Made by a program: the position numbers and the translations under genes. 32,000 nucleotides of DNA, from the NCBI RefSeq assembly GCF_000012805.1, contig NC_007484.1, forward strand, positions 1,470,001-1,502,000, written 5' to 3'. How positions within the stretch are numbered: the stretch's first letter is position 1; each line of letters starts with the position of its first letter. Positions 14,748-23,937 of this stretch are shown one piece after another. The stretch comes from Nitrosococcus oceani ATCC 19707. Lineage in GTDB: Bacteria; Pseudomonadota; Gammaproteobacteria; Nitrosococcales; Nitrosococcaceae. Below the pieces are notes generated by a model that worked only from the letters and a program-made list of their open reading frames with translations, was not told where the DNA came from and made no database searches.

Positions 14748-15200
14748 ATGTATCGTTTCCACCGCTCAAAAGGATGGCTTAGCCTGTGGCTTATCGTCGC
14801 GGTGCTGGGGCATTTCGGCTTAAGTCACACTGAAGCCTCTGCTTGGGTGCTTTGCTTTGGGGTAGACAGCCATGTGGCGGTGGAGCCTGCCGATCATAAC
14901 CATTTTGTTCCGCCTACCTCGAATGGTATTTCTCTTGCTAAAGGGGATGTTTATACTGAGGGGCTAACAACAGGGGAAAGTCCGTGCCTGGATATTCCCG
15001 TGGTGAGCGAAGACCATGGCGCCCACAAGCCCTTGAGCGGATTTCAACAGCCTTCCCTCGATGAAGGTCTGGCGGCGGTGGTGCTAATTATCGCCGTTAT
15101 TCTCTTCCCTCACACGATAACTAAACCAGCTTTTCTTCCCGATCCTTCTATTGTTGACTCTAGGCTGGTTGCCCTTCGTAGCGTTGTCCTTCTGAATTAA
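14748..15200 (+). CDS. hypothetical membrane-anchored protein with Cys/His-containing segments, upstream of czcB
   Basis: 150 aa with an N-terminal helix (WLSLWLIVAVLGHFGL) and a second helix (LAAVVLIIAVILF). Candidate metal-ligand stretches are CFGVDSHVAVEPADHNH and SEDHGAH. I recognise no family; its position is the main support. Confidence 0.45.
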   Translation: MYRFHRSKGWLSLWLIVAVLGHFGLSHTEASAWVLCFGVDSHVAVEPADHNHFVPPTSNGISLAKGDVYTEGLTTGESPCLDIPVVSEDHGAHKPLSGFQQPSLDEGLAAVVLIIAVILFPHTITKPAFLPDPSIVDSRLVALRSVVLLN

Positions 15201-15367
15201 ATCCTTAATTGCTGTGCTCCCGCGCCGTGTTTCCCTTAAGGGGGGATAACGGTGCCGTACTGCTTGCCTGGAGAACCTGCTTGCAGAACAGGATTCTCTC
15301 GCTGGAGTGCTCTTCCCCAGGCAATAAGGATTTTTCTGCTGCTCAACTTTGGATTAAAACTTGGACA

Positions 15368-16876
15368 ATGAAAAGTAAAAGTGTATTCGCTGGGGTTAGC
15401 GTGATTTTGGTAGGGCTTGTTCTGGCCTGGCTTATCCTCCATCAGGAAGAAGAGTCACCTAATGGGCCTGCTGAAGGGGAAGCCCATGCCGGCCATGAAG
15501 AAGACGGAAAGGCTGAGGAACGCCACCGGCGGCACTTGATCCAAAATGGATTCGAGCTTGAAGTTGGGCTTGAAGAGGGGCAGGAAAGTTCCCCCCATTT
15601 TCGGGTTTTTGCCTATGAACAGGAACAGCTGATTAATCCAAAGTCCACGCAACTTGCTTTCCAACTCCAGCGGCCGGGAGAGGCCCCAGAGTTTATAGGT
15701 TTTCAGGCTGACGGAGAATCTCTACGTAGTACCCAGCCCATTGCTGAACCCCATATATTTAGGGTTCGAGTGGCAGCCGAGTATCAAGGCAAAACCTACC
15801 AGTGGAAATACTGGCAGGTGGAAGGGGGAATCGAATTACAACCGGGCGCTATTGCAGAGGCGGGGATTGGGATTAAGGTGGCTGGTCCCGCGCCCATTAA
15901 GACTACCGTGGCCTTCCCCGGCGAAATTCAATACAACCCCCGCCAAGTGGCCCATGTGGTGCCTCGGGTGGAGGGAGTCGTCACCGAGGTGCGCAAGTTC
16001 CTCGGCGATAAGGTGAAAGAAGGCGAAATTCTAGCGGTGCTGAAAAGCCGGGAGCTGGCGGATCTGAAAAGTCAATATTTGGTGACTCTTAAACGTTTGG
16101 ATTTGGCTCAAGAAATTTTTGAGCGGGAAGAACGCTTGTGGAAGGAAAAAGTGTCCGCGGAACAGGACTACCTGGTAGCCAAAAAGGAGCTGGCTGAAGC
16201 CCAGGTGCTGATGGAGGCGGCGGCACAAAAACTCCGCGCTTTGGACTTTTCCAAGGTTGATTTGCAGGCTATGGATTCGGAAACCGGAGCGCTTTTTAGC
16301 CGTTATGAGCTGGAAACTCCTTTTAGTGGGGAGGTGGTGGAAAAGCATTTGGCTTTGGGGGAGGCCGTGACTGCCAACGCAAAAATCTATACGATTGCCG
16401 ATCTGTCCACGGTTTGGGGCGAGATTACTGTCTACAGCAAAGATTTAAATCAGGTTCGGCGAGGCCAGGAAGTGACGGTGAAAGCGACGGATATGGCGCT
16501 TTCCACAGAGGGCAAGGTGTTTTATATGGGACCGCTGGTGGGGCAGCAGACCCGTTCGGCCAAGGCCTATGTGGAAATTCCCAACCCCCAAGGACGCTGG
16601 CGTCCGGGATTATTCATCACAGTGGAGGTCGTGCAGGAGAAAATCAAGGTTCCGGTAGCAGTGACCGCCGAGGCGGTTCAAACTTATCAGAATCGCCCGG
16701 TAGTATTCGTTCAGCACGGAAACCTTTTTGAGCCCCGGCCAGTGGTGCTGGGAAGGGGATCGGGCCAGTGGGTAGAGGTGCGCCAGGGGCTCTCGGCAGG
16801 CGAGCATTACGTTGCTAGCAACAGCTTCGTGCTTAAATCCGAGCTCGGTAAATCCACTGCCACCCATCAGCATTAA
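15368..16876 (+). CDS. czcB: RND efflux periplasmic adaptor (membrane fusion protein), CzcB-like
   Basis: Likely start at MKSKSVFAGVSVILVGLVLAWL, which is internal to ORF 15209..16876. It has a His/Glu-rich N-terminal stretch (AEGEAHAGHEEDGKAEERHRRH). HlyD-type lipoyl, coiled-coil and beta-barrel regions follow (GDKVKEGEILAVLKS..., RLWKEKVSAEQDY...). It lies 15 nt upstream of czcA. Confidence 0.85.
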   Translation: MKSKSVFAGVSVILVGLVLAWLILHQEEESPNGPAEGEAHAGHEEDGKAEERHRRHLIQNGFELEVGLEEGQESSPHFRVFAYEQEQLINPKSTQLAFQLQRPGEAPEFIGFQADGESLRSTQPIAEPHIFRVRVAAEYQGKTYQWKYWQVEGGIELQPGAIAEAGIGIKVAGPAPIKTTVAFPGEIQYNPRQVAHVVPRVEGVVTEVRKFLGDKVKEGEILAVLKSRELADLKSQYLVTLKRLDLAQEIFEREERLWKEKVSAEQDYLVAKKELAEAQVLMEAAAQKLRALDFSKVDLQAMDSETGALFSRYELETPFSGEVVEKHLALGEAVTANAKIYTIADLSTVWGEITVYSKDLNQVRRGQEVTVKATDMALSTEGKVFYMGPLVGQQTRSAKAYVEIPNPQGRWRPGLFITVEVVQEKIKVPVAVTAEAVQTYQNRPVVFVQHGNLFEPRPVVLGRGSGQWVEVRQGLSAGEHYVASNSFVLKSELGKSTATHQH

Positions 16877-16891
16877 TTCAGGAAGGAAGCT

Positions 16892-19800
16892 ATGTTTGAA
16901 CGGTTATTAAGATCCTCTATCGAGCACCGGGGATTGGTCATGCTGGCCATGGTGGGGCTGATCCTGCTGGGAATTTATAACTTCCAGCGTTTGTCCATCG
17001 ACGCGGTGCCTGATATCACCAACATCCAGGTCCAGATCAATACCGCCGCGCCCGGCTACTCGCCCCTCGAAACCGAGCAACTCATCACCTTCCCGGTGGA
17101 GCTGGCCATGTTGGGCGCTCCCCGGCTCCAGGAGACCCGTTCGATTTCCAAATATGGGCTCTCCCAGGTGACCGTGATCTTCGAGGAAGGTACGGATATC
17201 TATTTTGCCCGCCAGCAAATCAACGAGCGCATCCAGCAGGCCAAGGGCCAGCTTCCCTCGGGCATTGAGCCCCGCATGGGGCCTATCGCGACGGGACTGG
17301 GGGAAATCGTTCTCTGGACCATGGAGGCGGAACCCGGGGCGCGCCAGCCAGATGGTAGTCCCGTGACCAGTACATATCTGCGCACCCTGCTGGATTGGGT
17401 GATTCGTCCCCAGCTTCTTACCCTCCCTGGGGTGACGGAAGTCAACAGCATCGGCGGCTATAAGAAACAATATCATGTGACCCCGAGTCCGGAAAAGCTT
17501 ATCGCCTATGGGCTTAGCTTCCGGGACGTTATGACGGCCCTGGCGGAGAACAATCAAATGAAGGGGGCCGGCTATATCGAGCACCACGGGGAGCAATTCC
17601 TGATCCGGATTCCAGGGCGGGTTTATACGCTGGAAGAGATCCGTAATATCCGGGTAGGCACCTATCAGGGCATCCCCATCCTTATTAAGGACCTAGCGGA
17701 AGTTTTGCTGGGTAAGGAATTACGCACGGGTGTGGCCACGAGAGACGGCCAGGAAGCGGTCATCGGCACTGCTTTTATGCTCATGGGAGAAAATAGCCGC
17801 GCTGTGGCTCAGGCGGTGGGAGAAAAGCTCACTGAAGCCAATCGCTCCTTGCCGGAAGGAGTGGAAGCCGAGATTTTCTATGACCGGACGAACTTGGTGG
17901 ACAAGGCGGTCGTCACGGTACGGAACAATCTGGTGGAAGGGGCGGCTCTGGTGATCGCCGTATTGTTTTTTTTGCTGGGCAATATCCGGGCGGCGCTGAT
18001 CACCGCCATGGTGATCCCTCTGTCCATGTTGTTTGCCATCACCGGTATGGTATCGGAGGGGGTAAGCGCCAACTTGATGAGCCTGGGGGCCATTGATTTT
18101 GGCATCATCGTGGATGGCGCGGTGGTCATTGTGGAGAATAGCGTGCGCCATTTGGCGGAGGAGCAACAGCGGCGGGGACGGACGCTAACTCTTTCTGAAC
18201 GCCTCAAAGTGGTGTATGAATCTTCCGAGGAAGCCCGTCGAGCGATCCTGTTTGGGCAGATGATTATCATGGTGGTTTACATTCCCATTTTCGCCCTCTC
18301 CGGGGTAGAAGGCAAAATGTTCCACCCCATGGCTCAGACCGTCATTATGGCGCTGTTTGGGGCCATGATTCTTTCCATTACCTTCGTCCCCGCCGCTGTG
18401 GCTTTGTTCATCGGCAAGCGGGTTTCGGAAAAGGAAAATTTCTTCATGAGATGGGGTAGCAAGGCCTATCTGCCCACCCTTGACTTTGCTTTGCATCACC
18501 GCACCTTAATGGTGACCTCTGCCGTGGTCATCGTGGCCTTGAGTGGATTGCTGGCGACCCGCCTGGGCACGGAGTTTGTGCCTAGCCTGGATGAGGGGGA
18601 TATTGCGCTCCAGGTTTTGCGCACCCCGGGCACGGGCCTCCAGCAATCCATTGCCATGCAAGAGAAGGTAGAGCAAGCGTTCAACACGTTTCCGGAAGTA
18701 GAAACGGTCGCGGCCCGGATTGGGACGGCGGAGGTGGCCACCGATGTGATGGGGCCCAACATCAGCGATATCTATATCATGCTCAAGCCTCGGGAAGAAT
18801 GGCCCGACCCGGACCGGCCCAAGGAGGATCTCATCGAGGCCATGTCCCAGCGGATCGCCCGGCTTCCCGGCGGCAAGTACGAATTTAGCCAGCCCATTGA
18901 GCTGCGTTTTAATGAGTTGCTTTCCGGGGTTAAAGCCGATGTAGCGGTCAAGGTCTTTGGCGATAATAGGTCGGTTTTGTTAGAGACGGCGGAACAGATC
19001 GCGGTTGTCCTCAGAACCGTGCCGGGGGCCTCGGATGTACGGGTAGAGCAAGTCACGGGGTTGCCGGTGCTAACCGTGGAGATAAAACGGCCGGAGCTGG
19101 CCCGCTACGGGCTCAATGTGGCCGATATTCAACGAACCGTCGAGGCCGCCATGGGCGGGGTGGCGGTAGGTAAAATCTATCAAGGGGATCGCCGCTTCGA
19201 TTTGGTGGTGCGCTTACCGGAGCGATACCGGACGGATGTGGATGCCTTAAGGCGCTTGCCCATCCTTATTCCGCCAAGTCTTGGGGCTAGGGCTGGGGCT
19301 GCCCAGATTCCAGCTCCGGCTTATATTCCCCTGAGCACCATCGCCGAGGTGCAAATAAGTCCAGGACCTAACCGTATTAGCCGGGAGAACAGTAAGCGCC
19401 GAGTGACCACCACCTTCAATGTCCGGGGCCGGGATATGGGCTCCGTGGTGGCGGAAGCACAAGCCAAAATTCAGGCACGGGTGGAGATCCCGCCAGGCTA
19501 TTGGATCGACTGGGGCGGCCAATTTGAACTGATGACCGAGGCGGCTGAGCGCCTGAGCCTTGTGGTCCCCGTTGCTCTGTTGCTCATCTTTATTTTTCTC
19601 TATAGCACCTTTGGCAATCTGAAAGATGGGTTATTGGTCTTTACCGGTGTACCCTTTGCCCTCACGGGGGGCGTACTGAGCCTGTGGTTGCGGGAAATTC
19701 CCCTGTCCATTTCCGCAGGAGTGGGATTTATTGCCCTCTCCGGAGTGGCGGTGCTCAATGGGTTAGTGATGATCACGTTCATTCGCATGTTGCGCGATCA

Positions 19801-20035
19801 GGGCTTGTCCCTAGAAGAGGCCATCCGCCAGGGGGCCCTTACTCGCTTACGCCCGGTGCTCATGACCGCCCTGGTTGCTTCCCTGGGTTTTGTGCCCATG
19901 GCCCTGGCCACCAGCACCGGGGCGGAGGTGCAGCGGCCCTTGGCTACGGTGGTCATCGGGGGGATCATCTCTTCGACCCTATTGACCCTTCTGGTATTAC
20001 CCGTGCTTTACCGGATAATCCATTACAGGGAGTAA
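16892..20035 (+). CDS. czcA: heavy-metal-efflux RND inner-membrane pump, CzcA type
   Basis: 1047 aa with 12-TM RND architecture. TM4 reads AIDFGIIVDGAVVIVEN, the DFG..DGA..VEN signature I associate with divalent-cation (Zn/Co/Cd) HME-RND pumps rather than the CusA type. Confidence 0.9.
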   Translation: MFERLLRSSIEHRGLVMLAMVGLILLGIYNFQRLSIDAVPDITNIQVQINTAAPGYSPLETEQLITFPVELAMLGAPRLQETRSISKYGLSQVTVIFEEGTDIYFARQQINERIQQAKGQLPSGIEPRMGPIATGLGEIVLWTMEAEPGARQPDGSPVTSTYLRTLLDWVIRPQLLTLPGVTEVNSIGGYKKQYHVTPSPEKLIAYGLSFRDVMTALAENNQMKGAGYIEHHGEQFLIRIPGRVYTLEEIRNIRVGTYQGIPILIKDLAEVLLGKELRTGVATRDGQEAVIGTAFMLMGENSRAVAQAVGEKLTEANRSLPEGVEAEIFYDRTNLVDKAVVTVRNNLVEGAALVIAVLFFLLGNIRAALITAMVIPLSMLFAITGMVSEGVSANLMSLGAIDFGIIVDGAVVIVENSVRHLAEEQQRRGRTLTLSERLKVVYESSEEARRAILFGQMIIMVVYIPIFALSGVEGKMFHPMAQTVIMALFGAMILSITFVPAAVALFIGKRVSEKENFFMRWGSKAYLPTLDFALHHRTLMVTSAVVIVALSGLLATRLGTEFVPSLDEGDIALQVLRTPGTGLQQSIAMQEKVEQAFNTFPEVETVAARIGTAEVATDVMGPNISDIYIMLKPREEWPDPDRPKEDLIEAMSQRIARLPGGKYEFSQPIELRFNELLSGVKADVAVKVFGDNRSVLLETAEQIAVVLRTVPGASDVRVEQVTGLPVLTVEIKRPELARYGLNVADIQRTVEAAMGGVAVGKIYQGDRRFDLVVRLPERYRTDVDALRRLPILIPPSLGARAGAAQIPAPAYIPLSTIAEVQISPGPNRISRENSKRRVTTTFNVRGRDMGSVVAEAQAKIQARVEIPPGYWIDWGGQFELMTEAAERLSLVVPVALLLIFIFLYSTFGNLKDGLLVFTGVPFALTGGVLSLWLREIPLSISAGVGFIALSGVAVLNGLVMITFIRMLRDQGLSLEEAIRQGALTRLRPVLMTALVASLGFVPMALATSTGAEVQRPLATVVIGGIISSTLLTLLVLPVLYRIIHYRE

Positions 20036-20209
20036 AGCGGGTCCATGGCGAATTATTGTGAGAATGAGTAGTTACGGGAAGGAAGTTTGTCTCCGCCGGT
20101 ATTTGTTTTTTCGATAAAAAACGATGTGCTACACTGTTACTATGGGCACTGCTTTCACCCTCTAACATCTACAGCCAAAAAGTATAATGGTTTCTATGGA
20201 GGAATAAAA

Positions 20210-20791
20210 ATGAGCGAAATTCGAAAAGAAATCCTGGCGGCTAACCAGAGCTATGCGGCCAACTTTGGCGATAAAGCAGACTTGCCCATGCCCCCTGGCC
20301 GCCATTTTGCTATCTTGACCTGTATGGATGCCCGTTCAGATCCAGCGCAATATGCGGGTTTGGCAGAAGGCGATGCCCATGTCATCCGTAATGCGGGGGG
20401 ACGGGCCAGCGATGATGCTATCCGTTCCCTAGTTATTTCTTATAAGCTTCTTGGTACCCGGGAATGGTTTGTGATCCATCACACTGACTGCGGTATGGAA
20501 ACATTTACCAATGAAGTTATGGACAAATTATTGTCTAGCAGCCTTAAGTCCGCCATCCTGGATGGTAGTGGCTGGCATGATAACGGGCCGGGACCCGGAA
20601 GTTCGGAAGGCAAATACATCAATTGGTTGACCATTAAGGATCAGACCCAAAGCGTGTTGGAAGATGTAAAGCGTATTCGCCATCATCCTTTAGTCCCTGG
20701 GGATCTTCCTATTTACGGTTATGTCTATGACGTCAAAACAGGTAAACTTATAGAGGTGCCCGAAGCGACGGCGGCAGGAAAAGTAGTTTAA
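20210..20791 (+). CDS. beta-class carbonic anhydrase (clade D, Rv1284/COS-hydrolase-like)
   Basis: GGAGG precedes the ATG at 20210 ([15 protein letters not shown]...). The zinc-ligand blocks CMDAR and HHTDCGM are present, along with VIRNAGGR. The ORF-track start at 20087 is probably too early. Confidence 0.85.
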   Translation: MSEIRKEILAANQSYAANFGDKADLPMPPGRHFAILTCMDARSDPAQYAGLAEGDAHVIRNAGGRASDDAIRSLVISYKLLGTREWFVIHHTDCGMETFTNEVMDKLLSSSLKSAILDGSGWHDNGPGPGSSEGKYINWLTIKDQTQSVLEDVKRIRHHPLVPGDLPIYGYVYDVKTGKLIEVPEATAAGKVV

Positions 20792-20806
20792 GCTAAGCTT
20801 GTTGGG

Positions 20807-21976
20807 ATGATGGGGGCGGCAACTCTCCTATCTTTGTTAAAAATGCAAGACTTTCTAATAGTTTTCGGCCTTGCCTTGTTGCCCGCATTGGGGAATTTTG
20901 TCGGCGGGCTGTGGGCGGAATTTCTTCGAACCTCAGAACGCGCCCTCAACCGGGCGCTCCACGCCGCGGCCGGTATCGTCCTTGCTATCGTCGCCATTGA
21001 ACTGATGCCCGAGGCGCTGAAAAGTATCTCCCCCTGGATGATTGCCTTGGCCTTTGCCCTGGGCGGCTTCGCCTATATGGCCCTGGAAGCGGCGATTGAG
21101 TATTTGCAGAAGAAAAAAGGAAAGAATAGCTCTGGAAGCACGGCCATGTGGATGCTCTATGGGGCGGTGGCTACGGATTTGTTCAGTGATGGCCTCATGA
21201 TTGGTGCCGGTTCGGCTGTTTCACCCAGTATGGCGCTTATTTTGGCGCTGGGACAGGTGCTGGCCGATGTTCCGGAAGGGTATGCCGCGATCGCCAATTT
21301 CAAGGATAAAAACATCCCCCGTAGACGGCGGTTTTGGCTTTCCGCTTCTTTCGCTTTGCCAGCGCTAACCGCTGCCACTCTGGCTTATTTCCTGCTTCGT
21401 GACCAGAATGAAACCCTAAAAATGGCGGGATTAGTTTTTACGGCGGGACTGCTTACGGTAGCCGCTGTGGAGGACATGGTTTCCGAGGCTCATGAAATCG
21501 CGCAAGATACGCGCTGGTCGGACTTTTCCTTCATTGGTGGCTTTGTCTTATTTATCCTTGTTTCCGCCGGTTTCAAAAGCTACCTGATAGAAGAGCCTGA
21601 ATCTGCTGTAGCGGCCAAAGCAGGGGCGGAGGCGCTACCGGCGCTTTCGGTTTCCGAAACAGCCAAGTCTGGGGAAAAAGAGTCTCTCGTAACGCGCCTC
21701 CAGGAACGTTCCCGCGAAAAAGACGCCGACATGATTACTAGGCTTCCTCCTACGTCGGCAACCAAAAAATCACAGGAAAAGCGTGCGTTAACGTCTAGGC
21801 TGCCGAAAAGGTTGGTTGTCCAGCACGGTGATACCTTGTCGCAGATCGCGGCGCGTCTCTATGGCGATCCTGCTCAATGGCGACTCCTGTATGCGGCCAA
21901 TCGGGACAGACTTGATAATCCTGATTTACTCAGAGCAGGAATGGAGCTTGTTGTTCCCCTTGATTCGGAAAAATAG
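20807..21976 (+). CDS. ZIP-family metal transporter fused to a C-terminal LysM domain
   Basis: Eight hydrophobic helices. The ZIP TM4- and TM5-like motifs read TDLFSDG and ADVPEG. An approximately 80 aa charged linker carries three TRL-containing short repeats (LVTRLQERS, MITRLPPTS, LTSRLPKR). A clear LysM domain follows (HGDTLSQIAARLYGDPAQWRLLYAANRDRLDNPDLLRAGMELVVP). The start could be the internal MQDFL. Confidence 0.75.
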   Translation: MMGAATLLSLLKMQDFLIVFGLALLPALGNFVGGLWAEFLRTSERALNRALHAAAGIVLAIVAIELMPEALKSISPWMIALAFALGGFAYMALEAAIEYLQKKKGKNSSGSTAMWMLYGAVATDLFSDGLMIGAGSAVSPSMALILALGQVLADVPEGYAAIANFKDKNIPRRRRFWLSASFALPALTAATLAYFLLRDQNETLKMAGLVFTAGLLTVAAVEDMVSEAHEIAQDTRWSDFSFIGGFVLFILVSAGFKSYLIEEPESAVAAKAGAEALPALSVSETAKSGEKESLVTRLQERSREKDADMITRLPPTSATKKSQEKRALTSRLPKRLVVQHGDTLSQIAARLYGDPAQWRLLYAANRDRLDNPDLLRAGMELVVPLDSEK

Positions 21977-22037
21977 AGCGATTAGCTCCGCATGGTTTTT
22001 TCTATTAGGCTCTATTAATAAATGGAGAATTACAACA

Positions 22038-22310
22038 TTGGAATACAAAGTGCTCCTCACAGTTTTTGTCGCAGTCTTCATTGCTGAGCTTGGCGACAAA
22101 ACTCAATTAGCCACTATGTTATTTGCAGCAGATAAAGAGGTAAGTAAGCTCGCTGTATTTATTGGGGCCTCGTTAGCATTAATTGTGGCTTCAGGTATGG
22201 GTGTTCTCGCTGGCGGCATCATTTCGCAATATATCAGTGAAAAACATCTGCATTACATTGCTGGAGTTGGGTTCATTGGCATCGGCATATGGATGCTTTT
22301 AAAAGCATGA
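22038..22310 (+). CDS. UPF0016/GDT1/TMEM165-family half-size (single-repeat) cation transporter
   Basis: The signature E-x-G-D-K-T is present (FIAELGDKTQLAT), with three helices over about 90 aa. Likely start is the TTG at 22038, or the GTG at 22050, after GGAGA. The upstream part of ORF 21816..22310 overlaps the LysM region in another frame and is not credible. Confidence 0.7.
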   Translation: MEYKVLLTVFVAVFIAELGDKTQLATMLFAADKEVSKLAVFIGASLALIVASGMGVLAGGIISQYISEKHLHYIAGVGFIGIGIWMLLKA

Positions 22311-22337
22311 GCGCCTAACAAGGCAAATTCACTCGGA

Positions 22338-22382
22338 CGGCAAAAAAAGCACCGCTCCTTCGTCGCTCTGCTTTTTTTGCCG
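22338..22382. terminator. hairpin between convergent genes (bidirectional terminator candidate)
   Basis: cggcaaaaaaagc (22338..22350) pairs with gctttttttgccg (22370..22382), giving a 13 bp stem and a 19 nt loop. The A and T runs lie within the stem arms. Confidence 0.45.
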
Positions 22383-22416
22383 CTGGTGATCTGCGGCGGT
22401 ATTTTATCCAATAAAA

Positions 22417-23937
22417 TTACTTCACGTACCGATGGAACCGCACTTCCACCAAGCCATCATAATTCCCATCGGGTGCTAGTTGATAATGACTGATACCTTG
22501 ATGGGCTGCGAACACGTTATCTTCGTACCAAAGAGGCACATAAGGCAGTTGTTCCAGAAGGCGTGCTTGTAACCGGCGGTAGAGATTGGCTTGCTGGTTT
22601 TGATTGTCTGTATTTCCCGCCCGTTCAATTAAAAAATCACTTTGAGGATCGTTAAAATGGCCTCGGTTCGCCCCTTGAGGTGGAGCCGACTCGCTATGAA
22701 AGATGTAATGAAAGGCATCCGGCAATTTAACGCCTACCCAGGATAGGCTATACATTTGGAAACGCCCGGCCTTAATATCGCCGTAAAAGGTTCCCCAATC
22801 ATAACTTTGCACCTCTACCTGAATGCCCACTTGTTGCAGTTGATGCTGAATAATGGTGGCCAGGCGAACCCGGAAAGGATCGCTAGAGGTCTTATAGCTA
22901 ACGCGGGCCGGAGAATGGGCATTGAAGCCAGCTTCCTTAAGCAGTTTCCTGGCCCGCTGGGGATCATAGGCGTGCGGGGGTAAAGCCGGGTGGCCTGCCC
23001 AATGCTCGGGCGGCAGCAGGGCCTGAGCTGGCCGGGCTGCTCCTTTAAAAACATAGCGAATGATCTTTTGACGATCCAAAGCATGGGCGATCGCTAAACG
23101 CACTTGAGGTTGGCCTGTTACCGGATCATCGAGATTAAATCCTAGATACGTAAACGTATTCCCCCGACCCCGTTGCAGGGAAATTTCCTCCTTATCTTCC
23201 AGGTAAGCCACCAGCTCCTGGGGAAGATCGTTTTGCAGCATGTGGATCTCCCCACGGAGTAATTTTAATACCCGCACCGTGGGATCGGGTACATGAACAA
23301 ATACAAACCCCTGTCTATCTCGTCGCCGCTGGAGTATCAATCGGCCCTCTTCCGGCCACGCCTTAAAGCGAAAGGGACCATTGCCTACCGGAATGCGATT
23401 CAAAGGGTGACCCACAGCTATTAGGGAAGCAGGGATTATCCCCAGGGTAAGCCGCCCTGGAAACAGGGAATCAGGTTCTTTCAAAACGAAGTCAATGGTT
23501 TCTGGATTGGGCACCGCAATAGACTGCACTTTATCCAAGGAAGCTAAAAAAGGCGAGCCATTATCTGGATCAAGTACCGAGGTATAGGTCGCTTTCACAT
23601 CCTGAGCGCTAAGCTTGCTGCCATCGTGAAAGCGAGGACGATCAAGCTGTAATCGAAACCGGTAGCGGCTCGGAGACAGTTGTTGCCAATGGGCTAAACT
23701 GGGGATGGGCTTGCCGCTGGCATCCAAATCAACGAGGGGTTGATACAAGAGGCGGGTAATACGGGCTGAGGCGGCATCCGTGGCATAGCGGGGATCAAGG
23801 GTAAGGGGTGAGGTCGCCAGGCCAAAACGTAAAGAATTCCTGTCCTCATAACCAGAACTACAGCCTATGAGCAAAACTATGCCAATCAACAAACCCAACG
23901 TTCGCCACCACCGGACTATGTTTCTTGTTCCTCTCAT
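22417..23937 (-). CDS. ABC transporter substrate-binding lipoprotein, family 5 (peptide/nickel/opine type)
   Basis: 506 aa with lipobox LLIGCSSG. SBP_bac_5-like blocks are present (LTLDPRYATDAASARITRLLYQPLV, FHDGSKLSAQDVKATY). No permease or ATPase genes are adjacent. Confidence 0.8.
   Translation of the reverse strand: MRGTRNIVRWWRTLGLLIGIVLLIGCSSGYEDRNSLRFGLATSPLTLDPRYATDAASARITRLLYQPLVDLDASGKPIPSLAHWQQLSPSRYRFRLQLDRPRFHDGSKLSAQDVKATYTSVLDPDNGSPFLASLDKVQSIAVPNPETIDFVLKEPDSLFPGRLTLGIIPASLIAVGHPLNRIPVGNGPFRFKAWPEEGRLILQRRRDRQGFVFVHVPDPTVRVLKLLRGEIHMLQNDLPQELVAYLEDKEEISLQRGRGNTFTYLGFNLDDPVTGQPQVRLAIAHALDRQKIIRYVFKGAARPAQALLPPEHWAGHPALPPHAYDPQRARKLLKEAGFNAHSPARVSYKTSSDPFRVRLATIIQHQLQQVGIQVEVQSYDWGTFYGDIKAGRFQMYSLSWVGVKLPDAFHYIFHSESAPPQGANRGHFNDPQSDFLIERAGNTDNQNQQANLYRRLQARLLEQLPYVPLWYEDNVFAAHQGISHYQLAPDGNYDGLVEVRFHRYVK

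Noticed and set aside
15209-15367. Upstream start (15209) for the CzcB-like adaptor
   Set aside because: The first 53 codons lack any signal or anchor features. The ATG at 15368 begins with a typical MKSK plus hydrophobic anchor.
16907-19788. Many antisense or off-frame ORFs inside czcA (for example 16907..17596, 17720..18166, 17878..18270, 18185..18499, 19247..19522)
   Set aside because: They lie entirely within a confidently assigned 1047 aa RND pump gene. Their composition is Arg/Gly/Pro/His-rich and low-complexity, as is typical of shadow frames in GC-rich coding DNA.
21816-22037. Long N-terminal extension of the UPF0016 gene (ORF 21816..22310)
   Set aside because: The extension overlaps the well-supported LysM-coding end of the ZIP gene in a different frame and has no membrane or family features. 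A GGAGA plus TTG/GTG start at 22038/22050 gives the expected protein of about 90 aa.
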